DNA of 20,000 nucleotides from an uncultured virus (IMG/VR IMGVR_UViG_3300008108_000113) (IMGVR_UViG_3300008108_000113), one strand, 5' to 3'; shown: positions 7,683 to 15,066, numbered from the stretch's first letter. Notes: generated by a model from the letters alone, not told the origin. Numbers and translations are program-made.

Positions 7683-7889
7683 ATGGCTAATATGACAGTG
7701 CTTGAAGGCATCATAGAAGATGTTTCAACAGAGCTGTACCAAAAACTTTGGAATGCTATTCCAATAGAAGAGCAGACGGAAGATTCTTCACGAGCAATAG
7801 GATTAAACTCCAGAGAAACTACCATATTTGTTATTCAATCTTTTATGAATAAGTTTAATGCTGCTGCAGAGGAACTAAAAGATAAATGA
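7683..7889 (+). CDS. 68-aa hypothetical protein
   Basis: MANMTVLEG...; start placed just after the upstream stop; ATGA overlap with trxA. Confidence 0.7.
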   Translation: MANMTVLEGIIEDVSTELYQKLWNAIPIEEQTEDSSRAIGLNSRETTIFVIQSFMNKFNAAAEELKDK

Positions 7890-8191
7890 TTGATTTGACA
7901 GACTTAAGCTTTGATGAGGAAATAAATTCTTCTAAGAAGTGCCTAGTATATTTTTGGGCTGACTGGTGTGTTCCATGCAAAAGGCTATCACCAATAATGC
8001 AGGAGATAGAGTCAGAGTATGATATTAGTGTATTTAAAGTTAATTCTGATGAAAATCCTATCAAAGTTTCTCAATTCTCAGTATTCTCAGTACCAACTGT
8101 GGTATTATTTAAAGATGGTGAACCAATTAAGACCATAATAGGCGCTATGCCTAAACATTTAGTCGTAAAGGAATTTAGTCAATGGATTTAA
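7886..8191 (+). CDS. trxA: Thioredoxin (WCVPC active site)
   Basis: FWADWCVPCK, SVPT cis-Pro loop, FKDG..IGA. Confidence 0.93.
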   Translation: MIDLTDLSFDEEINSSKKCLVYFWADWCVPCKRLSPIMQEIESEYDISVFKVNSDENPIKVSQFSVFSVPTVVLFKDGEPIKTIIGAMPKHLVVKEFSQWI

Positions 8192-8352
8192 ATTATTCGG
8201 ATTGGATGAAAATTGGACAAGAAAATGGTTGGATATCAGAAGTATTTTGTGATACTCATGATGGACCACCATTAACAGATGAAGAAATGCAGGAATGGGA
8301 TGATGGTGGAGATCCATGTTCTTTTCATGTAAAGATGCTAGAACTAAACTAA
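8182..8352 (+). CDS. 56-aa acidic hypothetical protein with C/H residues (not in ORF track)
   Basis: MDLNYSDWMKIGQENGWISEVFCDTHDGPPLTDEEMQEWDDGGDPCSFHVKMLELN*; AAGGA upstream. Confidence 0.75.
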   Translation: MDLNYSDWMKIGQENGWISEVFCDTHDGPPLTDEEMQEWDDGGDPCSFHVKMLELN

Positions 8353-8396
8353 TAGAATTCTGTGCTCAAAAAGAGGCAGATAAAACAAGGAGAAAA

Positions 8397-10103
8397 ATGA
8401 ATTCATTTAAAAAAATTGCTCTAGGACTTGCTGCAGCTATGTCCTTCGGCGTATTATCAGCACTTCCGACAAGTGCTGCTGTAAATGCACCAACTCTAAC
8501 GATTGATTCGGCAACAGATGCCGTTACATCTGGAGAGTCTGCTACAGCAGTCGTAACATTGTCATTTATTTCAGAAACATCAGCAGATACAGCAACAATT
8601 ATTTCTGCTATGTTTTCTCAGCCAGCAGGGGCAGCAAAGTCTGCAACCCTATCACTTCTAGAAACATCAACATCCTCAGTAGTTATTGCAGGAAATAATG
8701 TTTCAGCAAACGTTAACTCAACAGTTAACACACCAACATATGTAACAGCAAAGTTCTTGGTAACTTTGAATGCACCAACAGTTGCAGGTACATATGATGC
8801 AAAGATTTTAACAACAAGCCCAATCAACGGACCATCAGTTTCATGGACAGTAACAGTTAAGGCAGCGGATCTAACTCCATCTGCTTCAACTACTACATCT
8901 ATCCTTAATTCTGGTGAGGTAACAACTGCAACAGCAGATGCTACAGTTTATGCTCCAAAAGCTACTTCAACAGATGCAGCAGCAGTAATTGTTGTTACAC
9001 CTAAGAATGCAGCAGGAGGATCAGCAACTGAGTCAATTCTTGCAACAGTTTCAGGTTCAGGAATGATTGGTAGTGGATCAAATGCTACATCGATTTCAGC
9101 ACAAGGTCGCTCATTGGTAATTCCTTCAGGAAACCACATTGGTGTATTTGCTGACGGTACAGCAGGAGTATCAACAATTACTCTTACAACACTTGCAGGT
9201 GTAGTTCTTGCAACTGAGAAGGTAACATTCTACGGAGATATCGCATCTATCGTAGCAACAACAGTTAAGTCTGTTATCCCAGTGGGATCAAATGCTTCAA
9301 CAATTAAGGCAGTAGCATACGATGCTTCAGGCGTAACAGTTGGAGCAGGAACACTTAATGCTTTCTCAAGCGATGTTTCAGTGGTATCCGATTCAGGAAC
9401 TGCAGCAACAATCGTAAATGGTGAAGCAGTGTTTACTCTTACGGGAGTTAAGACAGGTGGAGTTGCTGTAACTGTTAAGTCAGGTACAGTATCATCTGCA
9501 CCAGTTGCCACTCGTGTAGAAGGAACCGCAACAACAGTTAAGCTATCTTTTGATAAGGCTCGGTACCTTCCAGGAGAAGCAGCAAACATTACAGTCCAGG
9601 TTCTAGATGCAGCAGGACTTCCACTATCTGGAAAGACACACGCTAATCTATTTGCTACAGGTGGAATTGTTTCTAACTACGCATTTGGATCAGCATCTGA
9701 TGTACTAACAGCGACTTCTGTTACAACAGATACAGCAACAGTTAAGACTTACAAGGTCTTTATGCCACTCGTACAAAATACAATTAAGATTACAGCAACT
9801 GGTGGATCATCTCTTCCAGTAGCAGGTCAGGTTGTAGTTTCTGCAGAAGCAGTTGTTGAAGATTCTGCACAGAAAGCAGCAACAGATGCAGCTAAAGAGG
9901 CTCTAGAGGCTTCTAACGCAGCAACAACTGCAGCGCTTGATGCAGCTAAAGCAGCTGATGCTGCAACCGCAGCAGCACAAGCAGCAACAGATGCAGTCGC
10001 AGCTCTTTCAGAGTCTGTAACCAAGTTGATCGCAGGCCTACAGGCTCAGATCAAGTCACTTGCAGCAGCAGTTGCAAAGATTGCTAAGAAAGTAAAGGCG
10101 TAA
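8397..10103 (+). CDS. Exported Ig-like repeat surface protein, 568 aa, with C-terminal Ala-rich coiled coil
   Basis: AAGGAG SD; MNSFKKIALGLAAAMSFGVLSALPTSA signal peptide; T/A/S/V beta-rich repeats (VQVLDAAGLPLSG, AYDASGVTV); strongly biased codons (GCA, ACA, TCA, GTT). Confidence 0.8.
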   Translation: MNSFKKIALGLAAAMSFGVLSALPTSAAVNAPTLTIDSATDAVTSGESATAVVTLSFISETSADTATIISAMFSQPAGAAKSATLSLLETSTSSVVIAGNNVSANVNSTVNTPTYVTAKFLVTLNAPTVAGTYDAKILTTSPINGPSVSWTVTVKAADLTPSASTTTSILNSGEVTTATADATVYAPKATSTDAAAVIVVTPKNAAGGSATESILATVSGSGMIGSGSNATSISAQGRSLVIPSGNHIGVFADGTAGVSTITLTTLAGVVLATEKVTFYGDIASIVATTVKSVIPVGSNASTIKAVAYDASGVTVGAGTLNAFSSDVSVVSDSGTAATIVNGEAVFTLTGVKTGGVAVTVKSGTVSSAPVATRVEGTATTVKLSFDKARYLPGEAANITVQVLDAAGLPLSGKTHANLFATGGIVSNYAFGSASDVLTATSVTTDTATVKTYKVFMPLVQNTIKITATGGSSLPVAGQVVVSAEAVVEDSAQKAATDAAKEALEASNAATTAALDAAKAADAATAAAQAATDAVAALSESVTKLIAGLQAQIKSLAAAVAKIAKKVKA

Positions 10104-10111
10104 TAAATTAG

Positions 10112-10143
10112 ATAAAGGGGCAAGGGAAGCCTTGCCCCTTTAT
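10112..10143 (+). terminator. Intrinsic terminator
   Basis: ATAAAGGGGCAAGG-GAAG-CCTTGCCCCTTTAT perfect 14-bp stem. Confidence 0.85.
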
Positions 10144-10166
10144 TACTTAAATGATAGAATGGGAAC

Positions 10167-10367
10167 ATGGAATCAACTAAAAGAACTTCTTTAAAAACAA
10201 TAAGCTGGGAAGTATTTCATCTTGTTGTGCTTTCTGGAATAATATTTTTATTTACTGGAGAGTGGGAATATGCAACTCTCGGAGCCATGCTTTATATAGC
10301 TTTTGAAGCAGCAGGGTACTTTATTCACGAAAGAATTTGGGCTAGATTTGGAAAGAAGATTAAATAA
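10167..10367 (+). CDS. DUF2061-like small membrane protein, probably leaderless
   Basis: ES.KR.SLKTISW...YFIHERIW signature; TGATAGAAT ends 6 nt before ATG. Confidence 0.75.
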   Translation: MESTKRTSLKTISWEVFHLVVLSGIIFLFTGEWEYATLGAMLYIAFEAAGYFIHERIWARFGKKIK

Positions 10368-10510
10368 TGTCAAAGCACCATGATAAAATTAAAAAGGCCT
10401 TAGAGCAAAGAATCGCTGCTACCCCAAATGGGGCAGGGTATAAGAAGCCAGGATCAATGAATAAGAAAAAAACTGGCTATAGAGGGCAAAGGGCAAAGGG
10501 CCCAAAGTAA
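10367..10510 (+). CDS. 47-aa basic hypothetical protein (not in ORF track)
   Basis: TAATG coupling; MSKHHDKIKKALEQRIAATPNGAGYKKPGSMNKKKTGYRGQRAKGPK*. Confidence 0.7.
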   Translation: MSKHHDKIKKALEQRIAATPNGAGYKKPGSMNKKKTGYRGQRAKGPK

Positions 10511-10513
10511 TAT

Positions 10514-10630
10514 ATGTCCGAATCTTGTGAAAATAAAGATTGCTTAAAGCCAGCCAAGTATATAACTACCAATGAAACTAGATATGTGTATCTGTGCTCA
10601 GACTGCTATGTCGACAAATACAAGTCTTAA
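10514..10630 (+). CDS. 38-aa zinc-finger microprotein (not in ORF track)
   Basis: MSESCENKDCLKPAKYITTNETRYVYLCSDCYVDKYKS* (Cx4C...CxxC). Confidence 0.65.
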   Translation: MSESCENKDCLKPAKYITTNETRYVYLCSDCYVDKYKS

Positions 10631-10639
10631 TCAACTAAA

Positions 10640-10702
10640 TGCTATAATAGAGTATGGGTAGATTTCTAGAACTATCCAAATAAAACCTATAGGAGAAATA
10701 AA
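10640..10702 (+). promoter_or_regulatory. Extended -10 promoter, 5' hairpin and SD for the three-peptide operon
   Basis: TGCTATAAT 10640-10648; TGGGTAG...CTATCCA hairpin; AGGAG at 10691. Confidence 0.65.
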
Positions 10703-10864
10703 ATGACAGACGGATTGAATTTAACAGGATTTAACGATACAAAGCCAGCAGGAACTAATGATATTAATGAATCTGGTAATTACTCACCAGCTACAGGATC
10801 ATTCCCAGCAGCATCAGACAAGTCTTCACAAGACAACGCAGGCCTCGGCAACGGTGGCAAGTAA
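10703..10864 (+). CDS. 53-aa G/N/S/T-rich peptide (not in ORF track)
   Basis: MTDGLNLTGFNDTKPAGTNDINESGNYSPATGSFPAASDKSSQDNAGLGNGGK*; strong SD. Confidence 0.75.
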   Translation: MTDGLNLTGFNDTKPAGTNDINESGNYSPATGSFPAASDKSSQDNAGLGNGGK

Positions 10865-10866
10865 CA

Positions 10867-11031
10867 ATGTGCGTAATGTGTGGATGCAGCTCACAAGAAT
10901 TTATGGGAGTAAGTCTTTCAGCACCAGCAGCTATTAATGCTGGCCCATCAGAGATGCCATCACCAGAAATGTTTAACACAGACTCCATGAACAACCTTGG
11001 AGTTTCAAAAACAGAAATGGATATGAATTAA
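10867..11031 (+). CDS. 54-aa Met-rich peptide with N-terminal CxxCGC (not in ORF track)
   Basis: MCVMCGCSSQEFMGVSLSAPAAINAGPSEMPSPEMFNTDSMNNLGVSKTEMDMN*; TAATG coupling to the next gene. Confidence 0.7.
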   Translation: MCVMCGCSSQEFMGVSLSAPAAINAGPSEMPSPEMFNTDSMNNLGVSKTEMDMN

Positions 11032-11234
11032 TGTCAACTGATGGAACAGGTATGACCCCTCCTCCAAATTCAGCACCATCTGGTGCTGTTACAAGTTCTG
11101 AGGCAACAAGAAAGAAACCAAATCAGTCGGGATTTAGATCTGGCATAAAGCCAAAAATTGATACTAACAGACATGGTATTCGTAGAGAGACATTGCCGTC
11201 TCAGCCAAAGAAAACTGGAAGAAAAAAAGTTTAA
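11031..11234 (+). CDS. 67-aa disordered, basic hypothetical protein
   Basis: Coupled ORF; P/S/T-rich N-half, K/R-rich C-half. Confidence 0.7.
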   Translation: MSTDGTGMTPPPNSAPSGAVTSSEATRKKPNQSGFRSGIKPKIDTNRHGIRRETLPSQPKKTGRKKV

Positions 11235-11245
11235 TTAATTACTTA

Positions 11246-11278
11246 AGTAAAGCCCATGCCATAGGTATGGGCTTTACT
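11246..11278 (+). terminator. Intrinsic terminator-like hairpin
   Basis: AGTAAAGCCCATGCC-ATA-GGTATGGGCTTTACT, 15-bp stem with one G-U. Confidence 0.8.
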
Positions 11279-11309
11279 ATATTTATAGCCATTGTCGTAG
11301 TATAAATCA

Positions 11310-11338
11310 TTGACAGAAACCTATAAATTATATATACT
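11310..11338 (+). promoter_or_regulatory. SigA/sigma70-type promoter
   Basis: TTGACA (11310-11315), 17 bp, TATACT (11333-11338). Confidence 0.75.
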
Positions 11339-11377
11339 AATGTAAAGATTTAAACCCAGAGACAGGACATTCTTACC

Positions 11378-12538
11378 ATGAGGCGGACTTCTACTATTGC
11401 AAGTATTGCGTTACTTGCCATATCTATTGCTATACCTTCATCAAATGCTGCAATCAAATCTGGCAATGTTTGTAAAAAAGCAGGTATTACAATAATTGAT
11501 AGTGGTCGCAAATATACATGTGTAAAGCAGGGTAAGAAGCTTGTTTGGAACAAGGTAGTGGTCGCAAAGACACCAACACCTACACCATCACCAAAACCTA
11601 AGACAACACCAACACCTAAGCCAACACCTACTTTTATAGAGCCAGTTAAAGCAACATCATTTTCAAATTTGATTGAGAATTCTGACGGACTTACTTATTG
11701 GGCTTGGAAATTAGTTCAAGAGCGCATGAGTAATTTAGGTAAGGCTAATGTAGAATTTAATATAGAAGTTGGGCCTAATACAAAATTAAATTTTGAAAAT
11801 CCAATACAAGCTTTTCAGGATACAGCTAATTTCTACTCTTCTTTTGAGCAGGTATCAAAATATTACGCAATTTTCTATGATCATGCTGACGTACAATGGG
11901 CCATGGAACTTGATCAGAAGTATAGCGCCAATCCAAGACAGAACCAAGTTAGAGACAATTGTTTAATTCAATCAAAGTGCAATGGCGGTAATGCTTATGT
12001 AGACAGTAAATTAACAGGATTTACTTATATTGCCTCATCCCCAGAATTTTCATCTGAAAAAATTAGAGGGCTTGGAGTTATAGAGGCTCATGAGTATTTT
12101 CATACTATTCAGTTTTTGCCAATTGTTAAGTCTCAACAAATTGGAAACCCTATTGTGTGGCCACCAGATTGGGTGAGAGAAGGCTCAGCGCAATGGCTTT
12201 CAACTTCAATGTACTTTAAAAAATTTGAAGATTTAATAAATTATCAAAAATTAGATTCTGAAAATGACTTATATAGGGGAAAAATTAGTTCTAAGGAGAT
12301 ATTGAATGTCTTGACAATAAATGATGGGGTCTCTAAGAACGGCTGGCTTGCCTTTAGTGTAGGCGCCAAAGTTATGGAAATTTTTGTAGTTTTAAAAGGC
12401 GTGGATGTAGTACTAGATTTTTATATAGATGGATCCAAGGGGATATCATTCGAAACCTCGTTTGAAAAAATTTTTGGAATGTCTTGGAATAGTGCGAAAC
12501 CTATAATTGCCGATGCTATTTCAAAGAAGTACCAGTAA
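11378..12538 (+). CDS. Secreted zinc metallopeptidase-like protein (HExxH, gluzincin-type)
   Basis: Signal peptide, small two-Cys N-domain (CKKAG...YTCVKQGKKLVW), P/T linker, AHEYFH plus downstream WVREGSA. Confidence 0.75.
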   Translation: MRRTSTIASIALLAISIAIPSSNAAIKSGNVCKKAGITIIDSGRKYTCVKQGKKLVWNKVVVAKTPTPTPSPKPKTTPTPKPTPTFIEPVKATSFSNLIENSDGLTYWAWKLVQERMSNLGKANVEFNIEVGPNTKLNFENPIQAFQDTANFYSSFEQVSKYYAIFYDHADVQWAMELDQKYSANPRQNQVRDNCLIQSKCNGGNAYVDSKLTGFTYIASSPEFSSEKIRGLGVIEAHEYFHTIQFLPIVKSQQIGNPIVWPPDWVREGSAQWLSTSMYFKKFEDLINYQKLDSENDLYRGKISSKEILNVLTINDGVSKNGWLAFSVGAKVMEIFVVLKGVDVVLDFYIDGSKGISFETSFEKIFGMSWNSAKPIIADAISKKYQ

Positions 12539-12545
12539 TGTATAT

Positions 12546-12618
12546 GCTCCTATAGCTCAGTTGGTAGAGCAGCAGACTTTTAATCTGCGGGTCGATGGTT
12601 CGAGACCATCTGGGGGCA
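12546..12618 (+). tRNA. tRNA-Lys (TTT); CCA not encoded
   Basis: Acceptor GCTCCTA/TGGGGGC, D arm GCTC/GAGC, anticodon arm GCAGA-CTTTTAA-TCTGC, T arm GATGG-TTCGAGA-CCATC. Confidence 0.95.
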
Positions 12619-12621
12619 CTA

Positions 12622-12650
12622 TTGACAATAGGGTAAATAAATTATATGAT
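12622..12650 (+). promoter_or_regulatory. Promoter giving a probably leaderless transcript
   Basis: TTGACA (12622-12627), 17 bp, TATGAT (12645-12650), ATG 6 nt later. Confidence 0.75.
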
Positions 12651-12656
12651 AGTACA

Positions 12657-12866
12657 ATGATAAGCATGTACGAAATACCAGACCCTTTTGTAGATTTTAT
12701 TGAAAGAAAATATGCAAATATTAAAGGATTAAAATATCATTTTTTTGATAAAATATGGAGTACTAAATGCGGTACATGCAATTTAGAATTAGACGGGCCA
12801 AGTAAAAAAATATTGTTAAAGATAAAGCTATATCACACTCGTAATGAATGTCTAAATGGATACTAA
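12657..12866 (+). CDS. 69-aa hypothetical protein with CxxC...H..C zinc site
   Basis: MISMYEIPDPF...CGTC...HTRNEC; start moved downstream of the tRNA. Confidence 0.7.
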   Translation: MISMYEIPDPFVDFIERKYANIKGLKYHFFDKIWSTKCGTCNLELDGPSKKILLKIKLYHTRNECLNGY

Positions 12867-12878
12867 GGAAAAGGGAAA

Positions 12879-13058
12879 ATGAGTCAAAAACAAAGATCAA
12901 AAGATCTAAAGCGTTCTCAAAAAAAGAAATCACATGAAAACTATCTAAAAGGATTATTTAATAGATATGGCCATGGGCTGTTATTGAACAGTAATAGTGA
13001 GGCTCCAGGAAATAAATACTGGACTGAGATAAATGCAAAGAAGGCTTTAAATGACTAG
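12879..13058 (+). CDS. 59-aa basic hypothetical protein (not in ORF track)
   Basis: MSQKQRSKDLKRSQKKKSHENYLKGLFNRYGHG...KKALND*; AAGGGA upstream. Confidence 0.65.
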   Translation: MSQKQRSKDLKRSQKKKSHENYLKGLFNRYGHGLLLNSNSEAPGNKYWTEINAKKALND

Positions 13059-13365
13059 TATTAGACCATATGGATCATTAGTTTTAGTAAAAGAAAATGT
13101 TGTAACTGATACAACAACTGCATCTGGATTAGTTTTAACAGCTGGAATTGTTGATAGTTATGTAAGGTCTGGTACTGTAATTGATGTTGGTCCAGGAGAA
13201 AGAAGTGCATTTAGTAATGATATTATGATAATGGATGGCATTGAAAAAGGTATGACTGTTTACTATGGTCGTGGTGCTGGAACAGATATTAAAGATGAAG
13301 ATGGAGAAGAATACATCTTAATCAACTATAAGAATTTATTGGGGTTTAAATATACTAATGCCTAA
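13051..13365 (+). CDS. groES: Co-chaperonin GroES (Cpn10)
   Basis: IRP...VLVK, TASGLVL mobile loop, GTVIDVGPG, GTDIK.DGEEYILI....LLG. Confidence 0.9.
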   Translation: MTSIRPYGSLVLVKENVVTDTTTASGLVLTAGIVDSYVRSGTVIDVGPGERSAFSNDIMIMDGIEKGMTVYYGRGAGTDIKDEDGEEYILINYKNLLGFKYTNA

Positions 13366-13489
13366 ACAATGTACATGTGGTCATTCTTCAAAATATCCTG
13401 TATGCGACGGAAGTCATAAAGCTTTAGATTCTGCTATGGAAGTAAGAATACCGTTGACTTTTAATGTTAAGGATGAGGATGCTGAGTAG
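13358..13489 (+). CDS. CDGSH iron-sulfur domain microprotein, 43 aa (not in ORF track)
   Basis: MPKQCTCGHSSKYPVCDGSHKA... exactly fits C-x-C-x2-S-x3-P-x-C-D-G-S-H. Confidence 0.88.
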   Translation: MPKQCTCGHSSKYPVCDGSHKALDSAMEVRIPLTFNVKDEDAE

Positions 13490-13601
13490 TCTTTTATGCC
13501 TATTTATAGGACATTCATTAACAATAGAGGCTGGCTCATGCCCATACACTGGAAAGACATATAAGGCTTGTGGCAGGTGCATGAAGATGGAGGCTATTTA
13601 A
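13479..13601 (+). CDS. 40-aa Cys/His microprotein (not in ORF track)
   Basis: MLSSLLCLFIGHSLTIEAGSCPYTGKTYKACGRCMKMEAI* (Cx4H...CxxC); AAGGA upstream. Confidence 0.65.
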   Translation: MLSSLLCLFIGHSLTIEAGSCPYTGKTYKACGRCMKMEAI

Positions 13602-13781
13602 ATTTATAAAAGAATCTTATTAAGTGGAGAAGAAGTAGAAAACTTAGATACTCCAGTTGATCTAACAATACATACAAAGTGCCCAGAAAAATGGCTCCTG
13701 ATTGATCTAGAGACTGGTCAAGAGTATCGTGGCCAAGCAATACCCAATCAATATGGGAAATGGAAGAGGGTAAAAGAATGA
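13602..13781 (+). CDS. ~59-codon hypothetical ORF lacking a canonical start (not in ORF track)
   Basis: IYKRILLSGEEVENLDTPVDLTIHTKCPEKWLLIDLETGQEYRGQAIPNQYGKWKRVKE*; fills the gap exactly; ATGA coupling to the next gene. Confidence 0.55.
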   Translation: MYKRILLSGEEVENLDTPVDLTIHTKCPEKWLLIDLETGQEYRGQAIPNQYGKWKRVKE

Positions 13782-14008
13782 TGTGGTCATGGATACTAGC
13801 AGCTATAGGTGTTACAGGCATATTCCTGGTCGGTAGAAAGACCATATGGGGTTGGCTAATACTATGTGTAAATGAATGCCTGTGGATTGCCTACGCCCTT
13901 GCAACAGACCAATACGGGTTTATAGCTATGGCTGTAGCATATGCAGCAGTATATATTAAATCTTATATGCATTGGAAAAAAGATGAAAAGGTAGAAGAAT
14001 GGATATAA
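13778..14008 (+). CDS. Small three-TM membrane protein (PnuC/PQ-loop-like size and W pattern)
   Basis: MMWSWILAAIGVTGIFLVGRKTIWGWLI..NECLWIAYAL..QYGFI; GAGG SD before ATG 13778. Confidence 0.6.
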   Translation: MMWSWILAAIGVTGIFLVGRKTIWGWLILCVNECLWIAYALATDQYGFIAMAVAYAAVYIKSYMHWKKDEKVEEWI

Positions 14009-14769
14009 ACACAAAAGTCTATATTTTTGGTGATTGCCATACTGCCCGTATTTATAGTCATCACATAATCGCTAATGTTACTAAAAATTATTTCGCCCCA
14101 GGTGGCTGGAACAAAGATAGAACAATTGGTGACACAGACATAAATTTAAAAATGTGGGGGCTTTCTGGATATAAGTGTTGGGGAACTGATTTTAATGAAT
14201 ATCATAATAGCAATACGTTATGTTCTCCTCAAGAAGATCTTCCAGAGTTATCTCCTATAACTGATAACCTAATAGATCAATTTTCTTTTAGCGAAATAAA
14301 GTCAGCAGATATTGTAATGCCATGGCTGGGATACATAGATTGTAGGAATTGGCTACCTAAATACAAAAATACAGAAGAAGTTGTTAAAAACTACGTAGAA
14401 AATACTATTAGTTTTTTTAAAGAATCTGAAATAAGATTTATAGAACCTTTTCCACAGTTTGAAGAACTAGGAACGCAGAACTATCCAGAAACTTACAGAT
14501 ATGATTTAAAAAATGAACAGAATGATATATTTATAGAGATGCTTCATAAGTACTCAAAAAAGCATGGCTTGATGGCACCAGTAAGCCAGTCTATTGTTTA
14601 TGATGCCGTTGAGGATACAAGGCTAGGCAAAAGGCATGTAAGGCTGGGGGGAGAGTATCAGAACTACACTCTGCTTGACGCCCTAAGACCAGAATATAAT
14701 AAAAAAATATATTTAAGCTTAATACCAGAAATACAAAAAACAGTAGATTTTTATAAGTCTATTAACTAA
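13999..14769 (+). CDS. Hypothetical protein, SGNH/GDSL-hydrolase-like fold
   Basis: VYIFGDCHT resembles block I GDS(H) with Cys in place of Ser; WLGYIDCR resembles block III. Confidence 0.5.
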   Translation: MDINTKVYIFGDCHTARIYSHHIIANVTKNYFAPGGWNKDRTIGDTDINLKMWGLSGYKCWGTDFNEYHNSNTLCSPQEDLPELSPITDNLIDQFSFSEIKSADIVMPWLGYIDCRNWLPKYKNTEEVVKNYVENTISFFKESEIRFIEPFPQFEELGTQNYPETYRYDLKNEQNDIFIEMLHKYSKKHGLMAPVSQSIVYDAVEDTRLGKRHVRLGGEYQNYTLLDALRPEYNKKIYLSLIPEIQKTVDFYKSIN

Positions 14770-14780
14770 TAATATAAGCC

Positions 14781-14831
14781 ATATTGACCGCAATTAGTGA
14801 AGCGAAAAGTGCGGCGGGAGAGAGAAGACAT
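14781..14831 (+). repeat. Start-associated leader element, copy 1
   Basis: ATATTGACCGCAATTAGTGAAGCGAAAAGTGCGGCGGGAGAGAGAAGACAT; related copy at 16335-16378. Confidence 0.8.
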
Positions 14832-15066
14832 GTTTAATATAGTAGGTAAATACCTATTGAGGAATAGACTACTTAATAAGGCGATAGAAGAAGTCCTCAT
14901 GGAGGAGCAATCTCTACGTCAATCTAACAATGCTGGATTTGATATATGGGGAGCCAATAATTTAGCCTGGAAAGAAGGCGATACTTGGTATGGCTGGACA
15001 TATAACTATTCTAAGAATAGATACTTCTTTGATGATATTGGATCAACCCTGGTCTGCATCAGATAA
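14830..15066 (+). CDS. Hypothetical protein, aromatic-rich C-half; C-terminus possibly altered
   Basis: ATG 14830 follows GGGAGAG; WKEGDTWYGWTYN..RYFFDDIG. Confidence 0.65.
   Translation: MFNIVGKYLLRNRLLNKAIEEVLMEEQSLRQSNNAGFDIWGANNLAWKEGDTWYGWTYNYSKNRYFFDDIGSTLVCIR

Noticed and set aside
8316..8396. 27-aa N-terminal extension of the Ig-like ORF
   Set aside because: SD and signal peptide place the start at 8397; the extension overlaps the 8182-8352 gene.
8618..10024. Four minus-strand ORFs inside the Ig-like gene
   Set aside because: Shadows produced by strong codon bias on the + strand.
10654..10683. Possible upstream ORF MGRFLELSK
   Set aside because: Only 9 codons and coincides with the 5' hairpin; no independent support.
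12507..12656. N-terminal part of the 119-aa ORF
   Set aside because: Reads through tRNA-Lys and a promoter; the real start is likely 12657.
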